A stretch of 64,000 nucleotides of DNA from an uncultured Fibrobacteria bacterium (GTDB taxonomy: Bacteria; Fibrobacterota; Fibrobacteria; UBA11236), in contig OY970309.1 in NCBI GenBank assembly GCA_963716395.1, positions 2,656,001-2,720,000 of the forward strand. The letters run 5' to 3'. Below are positions 48,338-57,508 of the stretch, in pieces. Numbering within the stretch: the first letter of the stretch is position 1; every line of letters begins with the position of its first letter. The notes beneath the pieces were generated by a model. The model made no database searches. It was given only the letters and a program-made list of their open reading frames with translations, and had not been told where the DNA came from. The translations under genes were made by a program, and so were the position numbers.

Positions 48338-49312
48338 ATGAAGGCGGCGGTTTCGAAGTCGGGGAAAAACGCTGCGTCCGGGCGCGGAGTGGCGCACCAA
48401 GCGCCGGGGTGGTTGCCCTGGCTGTGCTGTCTGGCTTTGCCCTGGTCTGCGCTGGCCCAGGCCGATTTCGAACAATTGCAATACAACCCGCGGTGGTATC
48501 GCACCTATGATTCGACCTCCAGCATTGTTCCCAACGACGGATCGCTGCTTTTCAATTGGGCCTACGGCGATTCGGCGCGTCACCCCGACAGCTTTTACGT
48601 GGGCATCGACACCTTGTGGATTCTGCCGCGAAACATCGGCGGCGACTCCACCAATAATTGGGATTTGCAGGTTTGTCCCGACGGGTTTTGCATGAACGGG
48701 GTGAATACCGGCGTGTTCGGCGCCGATGCGCCGCTGCAATTCGGCGACACGGGCCAATACGGCGACACCAGTTACCAGACCGAACATCACTTTCAATTTT
48801 TTCCCGCCGTGTCTCCCACGACCTTTCAATTCACCGCGCCGGATTCGAGCGTGGTGGGCGGCATGATGTATGTGCGCTCGCGCAGCACGGGCGCGGCCGA
48901 CACGGTATTCGGATTCGGAGCGTGGAACCTGCCTTGGGACAGCACGCATCCGCCTCCGCTGCATCCGGTGAACGGGTATTTACCCAAACGCTCCGACTTC
49001 ACCATCGTAGACGGCATGGTGCGTTATCTCGGCCCCAACACGGCCGTCGCGCCGGCATTTTCCCGGTCGACCTTTGCTTTTGCCATCCGGCGGCAGGCCG
49101 GCGCCTGGGTTTTCTCGTTCGCCGGATTGAAGCAGGAAAAACGCATCGCCCTGTTCGGGTTGAACGGAAATCTGTTATGGCGTTCGCATTGGCTTTCGGC
49201 CCAAACCGCAAGCCTGGTCTGGAACGGCAACGCACTTTTGATAAATCAATTCATCTTGGCCCGGTTGCAGTGGCCGGGCGGCGATCAATTGCGCGTGCTT
49301 CCGGCCCCCTGA
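48338..49312 (+). CDS. Hypothetical secreted protein with T9SS-like C-terminal domain
   Basis: Signal-like LPWLCCLALPWSALA; tail IALFGLNGNLL....VWNG. Confidence 0.65.
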   Translation: MKAAVSKSGKNAASGRGVAHQAPGWLPWLCCLALPWSALAQADFEQLQYNPRWYRTYDSTSSIVPNDGSLLFNWAYGDSARHPDSFYVGIDTLWILPRNIGGDSTNNWDLQVCPDGFCMNGVNTGVFGADAPLQFGDTGQYGDTSYQTEHHFQFFPAVSPTTFQFTAPDSSVVGGMMYVRSRSTGAADTVFGFGAWNLPWDSTHPPPLHPVNGYLPKRSDFTIVDGMVRYLGPNTAVAPAFSRSTFAFAIRRQAGAWVFSFAGLKQEKRIALFGLNGNLLWRSHWLSAQTASLVWNGNALLINQFILARLQWPGGDQLRVLPAP

Positions 49313-49482
49313 ATCGGGGGTGGTGCGTGGGTCTTTCGTATCCGGCGCGGTGAAGACTAAAACATCGGATTGCTTGATTCCATCTGCCGCGAATGAGTCG
49401 CGTCTGCTGAAAATGAAAATGGGAAAGGGAAACCAGCGAACAATCCCAAATTATTAGCTCGGCGATAAGAACCGCGCGCCGC

Positions 49483-50376
49483 TTACGGCAGCCAATTCAA
49501 ACGCCGGCTGACGGATAATCCCGCGCCGGTGGCGCGCAGATAATAGGGGCCGAATGGAACTTGGTTTCCATGAGAATCCAACCCATTCCACTCCGCTTGG
49601 CCGCCTGCACCCGGGATCAACAGCGCACGAATGGTGCGGCCTTGAAAGTCGAAGATTTGCAGCGATACCGGACCATTGACGGCGCCATTGCTGAGGCTGA
49701 AGTGAAATCCGCCCGCATCTTGATGCGCGGTCAAACCAAAAGGTGAATCGCAACCGCGGATGCAGAGAATTCCCGTTGGCGTGGAGGCGATGGCGGAAAC
49801 CAAAGCCGTTTTAATTGAGTCCATCTCTGTTGGAGGCATTGCAGAGGAAAAGCTGCCGTCGAAGCGAAACATGATTTTTCCGGTGTGGTCGATAACGAAA
49901 TAACTATCCCGGTAGCAATTATATCGATTCCACCAAGTCCCGCCGGGGTGCGCGGTCATGGTTTTATCAATAGCCGTGTCATAAGGGACATGCAGTAAGG
50001 GGAAATTGACATTTGGGGCATTCGTTACAAGGTGTTGCGTTTTAAAATTGGCAATATCGAGAAATGTGCCATTATCGATTTCACAACCAATAGCCTGAAA
50101 AGGGACCTCATTTTTCCCGCTGCCTAGGCTATCCGCTAATTTGCCGATGTTCGGCGCATTAGCCTGGCAGCCACCGCAGCTATACTGGAAGACGAACAAC
50201 AACACCACCTTACCCTGCAAAGCCGAGAAAGCCAAACCATTCGGATAGGTCGTGCTGTCGAGCGCTTTATACGCCGGCCATTGAAACGCTTGCGTGCCGA
50301 CATCGCCTTCAGCCGCCACTGCACTCTGCGCAGCCGTCAGGGCCAACCCGAGGGCAAAAAGAAAAAGCTTTTTCAT
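49483..50376 (-). CDS. Secreted thioredoxin-fold (CGGC) protein with FlgD-Ig/T9SS-like C-terminal domain
   Basis: Signal peptide; GKVVLL...SCGGC; YFVID..GKI; tail IFDFQGRTIR..WNG.D..G..V..G.YY. Confidence 0.8.
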   Translation of the reverse strand: MKKLFLFALGLALTAAQSAVAAEGDVGTQAFQWPAYKALDSTTYPNGLAFSALQGKVVLLFVFQYSCGGCQANAPNIGKLADSLGSGKNEVPFQAIGCEIDNGTFLDIANFKTQHLVTNAPNVNFPLLHVPYDTAIDKTMTAHPGGTWWNRYNCYRDSYFVIDHTGKIMFRFDGSFSSAMPPTEMDSIKTALVSAIASTPTGILCIRGCDSPFGLTAHQDAGGFHFSLSNGAVNGPVSLQIFDFQGRTIRALLIPGAGGQAEWNGLDSHGNQVPFGPYYLRATGAGLSVSRRLNWLP

Positions 50377-50484
50377 GATTCCCCCCTCATTTCCACCTAC
50401 CTCATCATGACAAAAGATATTTCCCCAAATCGTCGTTTGCTCGGATTTTCGAATTGCTTTTGCTTCACCCCGTTCTTTTCAGTT

Positions 50485-51414
50485 CTAGTGGGAAAGCACC
50501 GGCTGATATTGCCGAAAAGCGACGTTCTGCACCAAACCCTCGCTGTTTTCGACGAATACTATGAGGGCGTAATTCACGGGATTTTCCACGGGCGACGAAC
50601 CCACTTGTTTCGCCGCTTCGGGGGCGATGGATAAAGACACGAAAAAGGTTTTGGCGGTCAAAGGCAAGAGCGCGTTTAAAGTCATGGCTTGGCCGCCTGA
50701 ATCCACCTTGGTGGTTTGGGCCACAATCACTTCCCAGGGCTGCGCGTAAATGGGAATGAATGCCGGCAGATTTTTTACCGCCAGGGCCGAAAAAACCAAA
50801 ACCCCGGACGTGTCGCGGCTGCGATTCGCAACCGTAAAGCTGAAGTTCAATGCCTGCGTCGCGCTGTCGTATACTGCACCGGCGGTGTCGATGCGCAGAG
50901 CGAGATAGGTGAGGCTATCCTGCGTTTTCAGCCGCGCGATCAAGCTGTCGTATTGGCCCTGGTTGTAATTCACGTCGACTTCGGGAATGCCGAAGGGGGC
51001 GTTCGACCCGTCGAGCGTGACTTGCGGCAGGCTGTTGGCGAAGGATTGGTCATAGCGCGCCTGGGTGGCCGGCGTCACCCACGGGTCGTTGATGGATCCG
51101 AATTTCACGTGATAATTCACCACGACCAGATGCGGGTTGTAGCCCGCGAAGTTCAACCCCGGGTAAATGTAGGGCGCCAGTTTGGCTTCGGCGTCGGGAC
51201 AGGATACGCATCCGAAAGATCCGAAGGATTCGAGAATGTGGTTGCGCGCCACCGGCGTGTTGTCCGAATCCGGCAGCACCGCCAGGGTCGAATCGCGTCG
51301 GGCGGGATCGAATTCGGTGCGCGGATCGTTGATGATCTGGCAGCCGGCCAGCGCTCCGGCGAGCGCGCAGGCAAGACGCGCAACGCGCGCCCGATTCAAA
51401 AATGCGCGTCCCAT
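50485..51414 (-). CDS. Omp28-like thioredoxin-fold lipoprotein (CVSC)
   Basis: Lipobox ALAGC; LESF....CVSCP, V.YH, P....DG, C-terminal Ig-like ..IVFVEN. Confidence 0.72.
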   Translation of the reverse strand: MGRAFLNRARVARLACALAGALAGCQIINDPRTEFDPARRDSTLAVLPDSDNTPVARNHILESFGSFGCVSCPDAEAKLAPYIYPGLNFAGYNPHLVVVNYHVKFGSINDPWVTPATQARYDQSFANSLPQVTLDGSNAPFGIPEVDVNYNQGQYDSLIARLKTQDSLTYLALRIDTAGAVYDSATQALNFSFTVANRSRDTSGVLVFSALAVKNLPAFIPIYAQPWEVIVAQTTKVDSGGQAMTLNALLPLTAKTFFVSLSIAPEAAKQVGSSPVENPVNYALIVFVENSEGLVQNVAFRQYQPVLSH

Positions 51415-53531
51415 ATCAACTCCGCGCCATCAAAGGCGGGTTCGAGCCGGCACATGCCGCCTGAGCAAACGACCTCTTGCTGGCGTTGGCCGAACCACAG
51501 CGAGATTTGGTTGTTCGGCACCAGCGAGCAGGTGGCATATGCCGAGGCCCAACTGCGCGTGATGCCCGGCGGACGCAAGGCGAAGGAACTCGAATCCTGC
51601 TGCCATTTGGAAGTCGTGCCCTCGTAATCCAAGGTGAAGGTCCAGGCGGAATTACGCACCAGTGTAACCGAGATCACGCCTTGCCAGGGCGCCGCATAAT
51701 CGTAAACCGGTCCGACCGCCCCCAGTTGCCCCAACGCCGCATCGGGGGGCAGCAAGCTCAGCAAATCGGTGGGGCGGCGCTGCACTTCGGCCTCGCCCTG
51801 CCAACTCCAGGGGCCGCGCAAAGGCGCAGAGGTGGAGACTCCCAGGGTCAGGGCGTTGAGATCTTCGAAGGACCCTTCCTGGAATTCGCGTTGCCGCATC
51901 CAGTCCAATTCCACCTGCAGGTGCCGGCGATCCGAGGGGGAGAATTGCCAGGTTTGATCCAAATCCCAATAGGGCAGGTCGACATGGTAGATGAGCAACG
52001 ACGGATTGCGCTCGGGCCGCGACAGGATGTCAGAAAGATCCGCGGCGTAGGTGTTGCCCGCGTCGAAATGCCAGGCGCCGCGCACGGCCGCGCCCTGTTC
52101 GCCCTGGTTGTTGGGAAACAAGGCGTCGCGCTCCATCAGGCGAAAGGTATGGTATTGCACCAGGCTGGGCGGATCGGCGAAGCCGAGATCATAGTTGTAA
52201 TAGTCTTTGGCTTCGGCCGCCAACTCCAACCGGCCCAGGTTTTCCGAGAGCGACGCGTAAGCCGCATGGCCGTCGTAGGCGTAGGGATAGTTGAATTGGT
52301 CTCGCCCGGTCAGACCCACATAGGCGAGATACAGCGCGGTCGGGCCCGAAGACCATTCCACGTCGCCGCCGCCGACCTTGGCATGCCAACTCGGGCGAAA
52401 GGCTTCGAGGTATTGCGCGCCCACCGTGAGTCCGGTCCGGGGCTGCCACGAACCGGCCGCGCCCTGGATGTAGGTATTGCGCAGCGAATCCTCTTCGGCA
52501 TCCAGCGTGTACAGATCGGTGAAGCTGGCGAAGGTGTTGCCGCCCAGTATCGCGATCTGTCCCCGGCCGAGCCCCTGGCCGGGCTGCCCGCCTTGCAGCG
52601 AAGCCGTGACGCCTTTCACGTCTTTATCGATGCGGGCCTGGCGGTCTTCGAAGGCATGCAGCACCAGACCGCGGTTCAAGGTGCCGTAGAAGTTACCCGC
52701 GGTGATGTCGGCGTCGTCGCCGGTATAGGCGAAGGTTTGCTTGACCACGCGGCCGGTGGGGTTCAGGATCAGGTTGTCGTACGATCCCGGCACTTCGCGC
52801 AGGTATTGGTAGGTGCGGAAGCGCGCCTGATACGAAAGACGCGCGTCGGCCAGACGGAAGTCGAACCAGTCTTCCAGCCAGGTGTTGGAGTTGGGAATTT
52901 CCGGGCCGGCTTGGCCGTCGTTGGCGCGCAGGAAATTGGAACCGGAAAGGCTCAAGTCGCGCAGTGGTCCGGCGGCGCCCGAAGCGGCCGCCGATTTTGC
53001 GGCGGCCGCGGTATCGGAGAGCAGGGATGGCAGCTTGGACTCCAGCGCATCGATGTCGCCGGGCTCAAAGCCTTCGTGGCGGTAGACGATATTACCGCCT
53101 CGGTCGATGACCAGGCTGGTGGGCAGCACTGACACCCCGTACAAGCGCACGGCCTGCTGATCCGGATCGAGCAACACGGGGAAGGAAAATCCCCGGCCGC
53201 GCGCCAAGGCGCGCACGCGCGCCGCGGTTTGCGGTTGATCCATGGAGATCGCGATCACCTGCACACCGTGATCGCGGTATCGGTCTTGCAGCTTTTGCAA
53301 GGCGTCCAATTCGGAAAGGCAAGGGATGCAATAGGTGGCCCAGAAATCCAGCACGATCACGTCGCGGCCCAAATCGTCTTGCAAAGCAAAGGCGCGGCCC
53401 TCGGTATCTTGCAGGCGAAAGGTCGGGGCCCGCGTCGCCGCCGTTGCACCGAGCGCCAATCCCAGCACCAAGCGGAAGAGCCAGGGAATTCTCGCTGGAA
53501 ATCGTCGCGACGGCCGGCGCAAGTGTGTCAT
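51396..53531 (-). CDS. TlpA redoxin fused to DUF6029-like outer-membrane protein
   Basis: N-terminal DFWATYCIPC; AGNFYG...RGL.L motif; beta-strand-rich body; C-terminal VCSGGMCR..PAF.G.EL....HF. Confidence 0.78.
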   Translation of the reverse strand: MTHLRRPSRRFPARIPWLFRLVLGLALGATAATRAPTFRLQDTEGRAFALQDDLGRDVIVLDFWATYCIPCLSELDALQKLQDRYRDHGVQVIAISMDQPQTAARVRALARGRGFSFPVLLDPDQQAVRLYGVSVLPTSLVIDRGGNIVYRHEGFEPGDIDALESKLPSLLSDTAAAAKSAAASGAAGPLRDLSLSGSNFLRANDGQAGPEIPNSNTWLEDWFDFRLADARLSYQARFRTYQYLREVPGSYDNLILNPTGRVVKQTFAYTGDDADITAGNFYGTLNRGLVLHAFEDRQARIDKDVKGVTASLQGGQPGQGLGRGQIAILGGNTFASFTDLYTLDAEEDSLRNTYIQGAAGSWQPRTGLTVGAQYLEAFRPSWHAKVGGGDVEWSSGPTALYLAYVGLTGRDQFNYPYAYDGHAAYASLSENLGRLELAAEAKDYYNYDLGFADPPSLVQYHTFRLMERDALFPNNQGEQGAAVRGAWHFDAGNTYAADLSDILSRPERNPSLLIYHVDLPYWDLDQTWQFSPSDRRHLQVELDWMRQREFQEGSFEDLNALTLGVSTSAPLRGPWSWQGEAEVQRRPTDLLSLLPPDAALGQLGAVGPVYDYAAPWQGVISVTLVRNSAWTFTLDYEGTTSKWQQDSSSFALRPPGITRSWASAYATCSLVPNNQISLWFGQRQQEVVCSGGMCRLEPAFDGAELIWDAHF

Positions 53532-53562
53532 GCTGGGATTTGGGGTTCACCCAAAGGGGGAT

Positions 53563-53637
53563 TGGTTGGGGCGGCAGGATTCGAACCTGCGAATGGCGGC
53601 TCCAAAAACCGCAGTCTTACCACTTGACGACGCCCCA
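53563..53637 (-). tRNA. tRNA-Gln (TTG)
   Basis: TGGGGCGTCGTCAAGTGGTAAGACTGCGGTTTTTGGAGCCGCCATTCGCAGGTTCGAATCCTGCCGCCCCAACCA; cloverleaf, anticodon TTG, encoded CCA. Confidence 0.97.
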
Positions 53638-53645
53638 GCGCAAAA

Positions 53646-53688
53646 CCGGTGGCAAACTGCCGGTGGGCAAATTGCCGGCTGGCAAATT
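53646..53688. repeat. Three imperfect ~15-bp tandem repeats (GCCGG..GGCAAA.T)
   Basis: ccggtggcaaact-gccggtgggcaaatt-gccggctggcaaatt. Confidence 0.65.
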
Positions 53689-53720
53689 TAATTGAACGAC
53701 AGGCAATCGACAGCCCGGCA

Positions 53721-54602
53721 TTAATCAGTGGCGAAAAAATCACGCGGAGCGATGAAGCGGGTCAAGACCGCGAAGCGGCATTGCGGCTGCACCGCGGCCA
53801 GGCAGGCTTGCGCCGCCGGTTCCTCCCGAAACAAGGCGAACAAGCTGGCGCCGCTGCCCGTGAGCAGGGTTTTCTCCGGCCCATGCCGGTTCAGCGCCTG
53901 GCGCACCGTCGCGATTTCCGGGTAATGCTCCATCACGATGGCTTCGAAATCGTTGTGCAGCTTGGAATAGAAGGACGGACTGAGCGCTTGCGCCGCATAG
54001 GCCGACTGGAAATCCGGCCAGCGTTGTCCAAAACCGCGGCCTTGAAAACGGCCGTAGGCCCAGGCGGTATCGACGTGGCAAGCCGGCGTGGCCACTACGA
54101 TGTAGAAGGGAAACGGCGCGGGAGCCCGGCGCAGAATTTCTCCGCGGCCCTCGGCCAAGGCGAAGGGTTCGAAGAGGAAAAAAGGCACATCCGAACCCAA
54201 GGCGGCGGCGCAATCCAGCAATTCGGCCGAGGTCAAGTGCATTTTCCACAACGCATTGGCCAGGCGCAGGGCGGATGCAGCGTCGGAACTGCCGCCGCCC
54301 AAGCCCGCGCCCAGAGGAATGCGCTTTTCCAAAGTGAACCGCAGACCCGCTCCGGCGCGGCCGGGGTAGCGGGTTTGCAGCAGACGCGCCGCTTTGTGAA
54401 TCAGGTTCTGCTCCGCCGGTCCGGGGATGGCTTCGCAGCCGGTAACTTCAAGGCCATGCCAGGGTTCAGCCCGCAAGGTGTCGCCGAAATCCAAGGCGGC
54501 GAACAGGGTGCCTAATTCGTGATATTCGTCCGCGCGTTTTCCCCGGATTTCCAGAAAAAGGTTCAGCTTGGCGGGGCAGCGCAGGGTTTTAACTTCTTTC
54601 AT
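53721..54602 (-). CDS. ispE: 4-diphosphocytidyl-2-C-methyl-D-erythritol kinase
   Basis: PAKLNLFL, KRIP.GAGLGGGSSDAA, GSDVPFF, TGSG. Confidence 0.96.
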   Translation of the reverse strand: MKEVKTLRCPAKLNLFLEIRGKRADEYHELGTLFAALDFGDTLRAEPWHGLEVTGCEAIPGPAEQNLIHKAARLLQTRYPGRAGAGLRFTLEKRIPLGAGLGGGSSDAASALRLANALWKMHLTSAELLDCAAALGSDVPFFLFEPFALAEGRGEILRRAPAPFPFYIVVATPACHVDTAWAYGRFQGRGFGQRWPDFQSAYAAQALSPSFYSKLHNDFEAIVMEHYPEIATVRQALNRHGPEKTLLTGSGASLFALFREEPAAQACLAAVQPQCRFAVLTRFIAPRDFFATD

Positions 54603-54780
54603 GCCATGCGATGAGATTAAAATGACACCTGATTCCGTCGCGCAAAGGCTTGGATGTTAATAATTTAACCCTCTTCGGGACGCCGGCCGACGCGAGGGCC
54701 GTAGCATCGACGTTCGGCCTGGGGCCGGGCGGCACCATCCCGGAGGCATTGGTCGCGCAACTTCCTCCCAAACGGAAACC

Positions 54781-55716
54781 ATGGAAAGTCGACATCTTCT
54801 CACCTTGGCGGAGCAATCCTCGGAATCGGTGGAAACTTTGGTGCGCGATGCCGAGCGCCTGCGGGTCGAATTCAAGCGCTTCGGCGCCTCCGACGCGCTC
54901 AAGGGCCGCACGGCCGCGCTGTTTTTCGAAAAGCCCAGCCTGCGCACCAAGGCCACCTTCGAAGTGGCTCTGGCCCAAACCGGCGGCACGGCCGTGGTGC
55001 TCGACCCGGAATCGGTGTCGTTGGGCAAGCGCGAATCGGTGCACGATGCGGCCAAAAGCCTGTCGCGCTGGGTCGATTGCATCGTGGCCCGCACGTTTTC
55101 GCAACATCTGGTGGAGGACCTCGCGCGTCATGCCACGGTGCCCGTCATCAACGCTTTGACCGATGCCGAGCATCCCTGCCAGGCGCTGGCTTTCGGCGAA
55201 ATGCTGCTGGAAAAACGCGGTGCGTTGCGCGGGGCTAAAATCGCCTTTATCGGCGACGGCAACAATGTGGCCAATAGCCTGGCGGCTCTGGCGGGTCATT
55301 GCGGCATGCACTTCACCTTGGCGTGCCCGCAGGGCTTCGAACAGCCGCCGGCACTGGTGAGCAAGGTCGAAGCGTTGTGCCGCAAATCCGGCGGCGGCTA
55401 CCGCCAGGTGCGCGATCCCGGCGAGGCAGTGCGCGACGCCGACGTGATCTACACCGACGTGTGGATCAGCATGGGCGAAGAGCGGCAGGCGGCGGAGAAG
55501 AAACGCCGCTTTCACGGCTATCAGGTGAACGCCGATCTGTTGGCGCAGGCGCCCGAGCATTGCCTGGTCACGCATTGCCTGCCCGCGCATCTGGGCGAAG
55601 AAATCACCGCCGAGGTGATGGATTCGCCGCGTTGTGTGTGTTTTGACGAGGCCGAAAACCGGCTGCATGCGCAAAAGGCGGTGCTATTGCACTTGATCCA
55701 CCCCGGCAAAGTTTAG
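54781..55716 (+). CDS. argF: Ornithine carbamoyltransferase
   Basis: FEKPSLRT, HPCQ, GDGNNV, YTDVW.SMG, HCLP, AENR.H. Confidence 0.95.
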   Translation: MESRHLLTLAEQSSESVETLVRDAERLRVEFKRFGASDALKGRTAALFFEKPSLRTKATFEVALAQTGGTAVVLDPESVSLGKRESVHDAAKSLSRWVDCIVARTFSQHLVEDLARHATVPVINALTDAEHPCQALAFGEMLLEKRGALRGAKIAFIGDGNNVANSLAALAGHCGMHFTLACPQGFEQPPALVSKVEALCRKSGGGYRQVRDPGEAVRDADVIYTDVWISMGEERQAAEKKRRFHGYQVNADLLAQAPEHCLVTHCLPAHLGEEITAEVMDSPRCVCFDEAENRLHAQKAVLLHLIHPGKV

Positions 55717-55724
55717 GAGACGGC

Positions 55725-56504
55725 ATGCTTCCCCGAGCCCCGTTTGGAATTGAAGCCTTGGATGCCATGCTGGGCGGCGGCGTGGTGCGCGGCAGCGCCA
55801 CAGTGATCGAAGGCGCTCCCGGCACTGGCAAGACCACCTTGGGCCTGCAATTCATCGTGAGCGGCATCGAGCAATTCGGCGAACCGGGATTGGTGATCAC
55901 CTTTGAGGAATTTCCTGCGCAATACTATCACGACGCCCTGAATTTCGGCTGGGACCTCAAGAAGTACGAGGGCCAGGGCTTGCTGCGCGTCATCTTCACC
56001 GATCCCCGCACGGTGCTTGACGGCCTCACCGAAGTGGGCGGCGGCATCGAAAATCTGATCGACGAAATGGGCATCAAGCGCTGCCTCGTCGATTCACTCA
56101 CCCATTTCGAATACGCGGTGGGGGAAGACGAAGATTTGCGCGAGGTGGAAAACGACTTCATCGCCGCCTTGAAGCGCGAAGGCGTCACCGCCATGCTGCT
56201 GCGCGAGAACAGCAATCTCCTGGGCGGCACGCACAGCCTGTCGCAGGCGCCCTTCATCGCCGACAACTATATCATTTTGCGTTACGTCGAGATCGACAGC
56301 GCGATATCCAAGGCCATCCTGGTGCTCAAAATGCGCGGCAGCCAGCATGATAAGGCCATCCATCAATTCGCCATCACCGATCGCGGTATCGAAATCCTGG
56401 GGAAATTTTTGGGACGCCAAGGCGTGATGAGCGGTTCGCCGATCAAAACCGACGCCGAAGCTTTCGTCGAGGTGTTTTCGGGGCTGGCCAAACGCAAGAA
56501 GTGA
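55725..56504 (+). CDS. Single-domain KaiC/RAD55-like ATPase
   Basis: GAPGTGKT, TFEE, LVDS, KMRGS.H. Confidence 0.9.
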   Translation: MLPRAPFGIEALDAMLGGGVVRGSATVIEGAPGTGKTTLGLQFIVSGIEQFGEPGLVITFEEFPAQYYHDALNFGWDLKKYEGQGLLRVIFTDPRTVLDGLTEVGGGIENLIDEMGIKRCLVDSLTHFEYAVGEDEDLREVENDFIAALKREGVTAMLLRENSNLLGGTHSLSQAPFIADNYIILRYVEIDSAISKAILVLKMRGSQHDKAIHQFAITDRGIEILGKFLGRQGVMSGSPIKTDAEAFVEVFSGLAKRKK

Positions 56505-56511
56505 GCCCGGC

Positions 56512-56790
56512 ATGTGGTTGAACCTGGGCGTCGTGCTGACCGCGGTTTTTTTCGGGGTGATCGGTTTTTACCTGACCCTAATCGCGAAATTCTACCGCCT
56601 GAAATTCCAACGCGGCCCGAGCGCCGGATGGATGCAAACCTTTCTAGTAATTTTGCTGTTGGGACTGCTGCTTAAGATGCACGCACTGGAGTTTCTGCCG
56701 ATGTGGCTGTCAGCGGTGCTGCGTTGCACCGGCGGCATCGGCTTCTCGGTGTTGGCCTACCTCCTGTACCGGGCCATGATGGCCGTGTGA
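56512..56790 (+). CDS. Small 3-TM membrane protein
   Basis: Three hydrophobic segments; tight operon spacing. Confidence 0.7.
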   Translation: MWLNLGVVLTAVFFGVIGFYLTLIAKFYRLKFQRGPSAGWMQTFLVILLLGLLLKMHALEFLPMWLSAVLRCTGGIGFSVLAYLLYRAMMAV

Positions 56791-56800
56791 AGATTCCGGT

Positions 56801-57100
56801 ATGATCTCTCTCCACGTATTTCCTTTATTCGTGACCCACCTCACCTATTTTACCGTACTTCTGGTGCTGGCCTCCATCAGCCGGATTTTCGGATCGGCCA
56901 AGAAAAAGAAGCCTCTGTACCGGATTTTCTTTTACGCCACCATGCTGCTGGTGGCGGCATTGGCCGTGGCCGTCATCGGATTCGACGAACCCGATCTGCA
57001 GGCCTATGCCGTGGGCCTCGACGTGGCCGGGCTGCTGCTCGGGGCCGTGGTCACGTATTTCTATTGGGAATGGCTGCCGCGGGAACTTTTCAAGGAGTGA
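56801..57100 (+). CDS. Small 3-TM membrane protein
   Basis: Three hydrophobic segments; ends YWEWLPRE; tight operon spacing. Confidence 0.7.
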   Translation: MISLHVFPLFVTHLTYFTVLLVLASISRIFGSAKKKKPLYRIFFYATMLLVAALAVAVIGFDEPDLQAYAVGLDVAGLLLGAVVTYFYWEWLPRELFKE

Positions 57101-57103
57101 ACC

Positions 57104-57484
57104 ATGGCGCATGTAATGGTGGTCGACGACGAACAAGACATTGCGGATTTGGTGCGTCTGGTGCTGGAATTGGGCCGGCACCGGGTTACGGTGGTGAATG
57201 ATCCCGAACGGGCCGTGGCCGAAGCGCTGCAAGCGCAACCCGATTTGATTCTGCTCGATGTGGTCATGCCGCGCATGGACGGCTTCGACGTGTACCGGGA
57301 GATCAAGGGCCAAACGGCGCTGGAGAAAACCCCCATCGCGTTTTTGACCAGCAACAACCGTTCGGTCGACGTCATGGTGGGATTGCACGTGATGAAGGCC
57401 GAAGACTATATCACCAAGCCCTTCGGCAAACAGGATTTGCTCGATCGCGTCAACGCCCTCTTGAAAAAATACGGCGTGGAGTAA
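57104..57484 (+). CDS. Stand-alone response regulator receiver protein
   Basis: VVDDE, LLDVVMP (phospho-Asp), FLT, KPF. Confidence 0.93.
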   Translation: MAHVMVVDDEQDIADLVRLVLELGRHRVTVVNDPERAVAEALQAQPDLILLDVVMPRMDGFDVYREIKGQTALEKTPIAFLTSNNRSVDVMVGLHVMKAEDYITKPFGKQDLLDRVNALLKKYGVE

Positions 57485-57508
57485 TCCGGCCGCTGCGGGC
57501 CGGCCGCG

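Noticed and set aside
55725-56504. Circadian clock kaiC
   Set aside because: Single domain, no S/T phosphosites at the canonical position, and no kaiA or kaiB.
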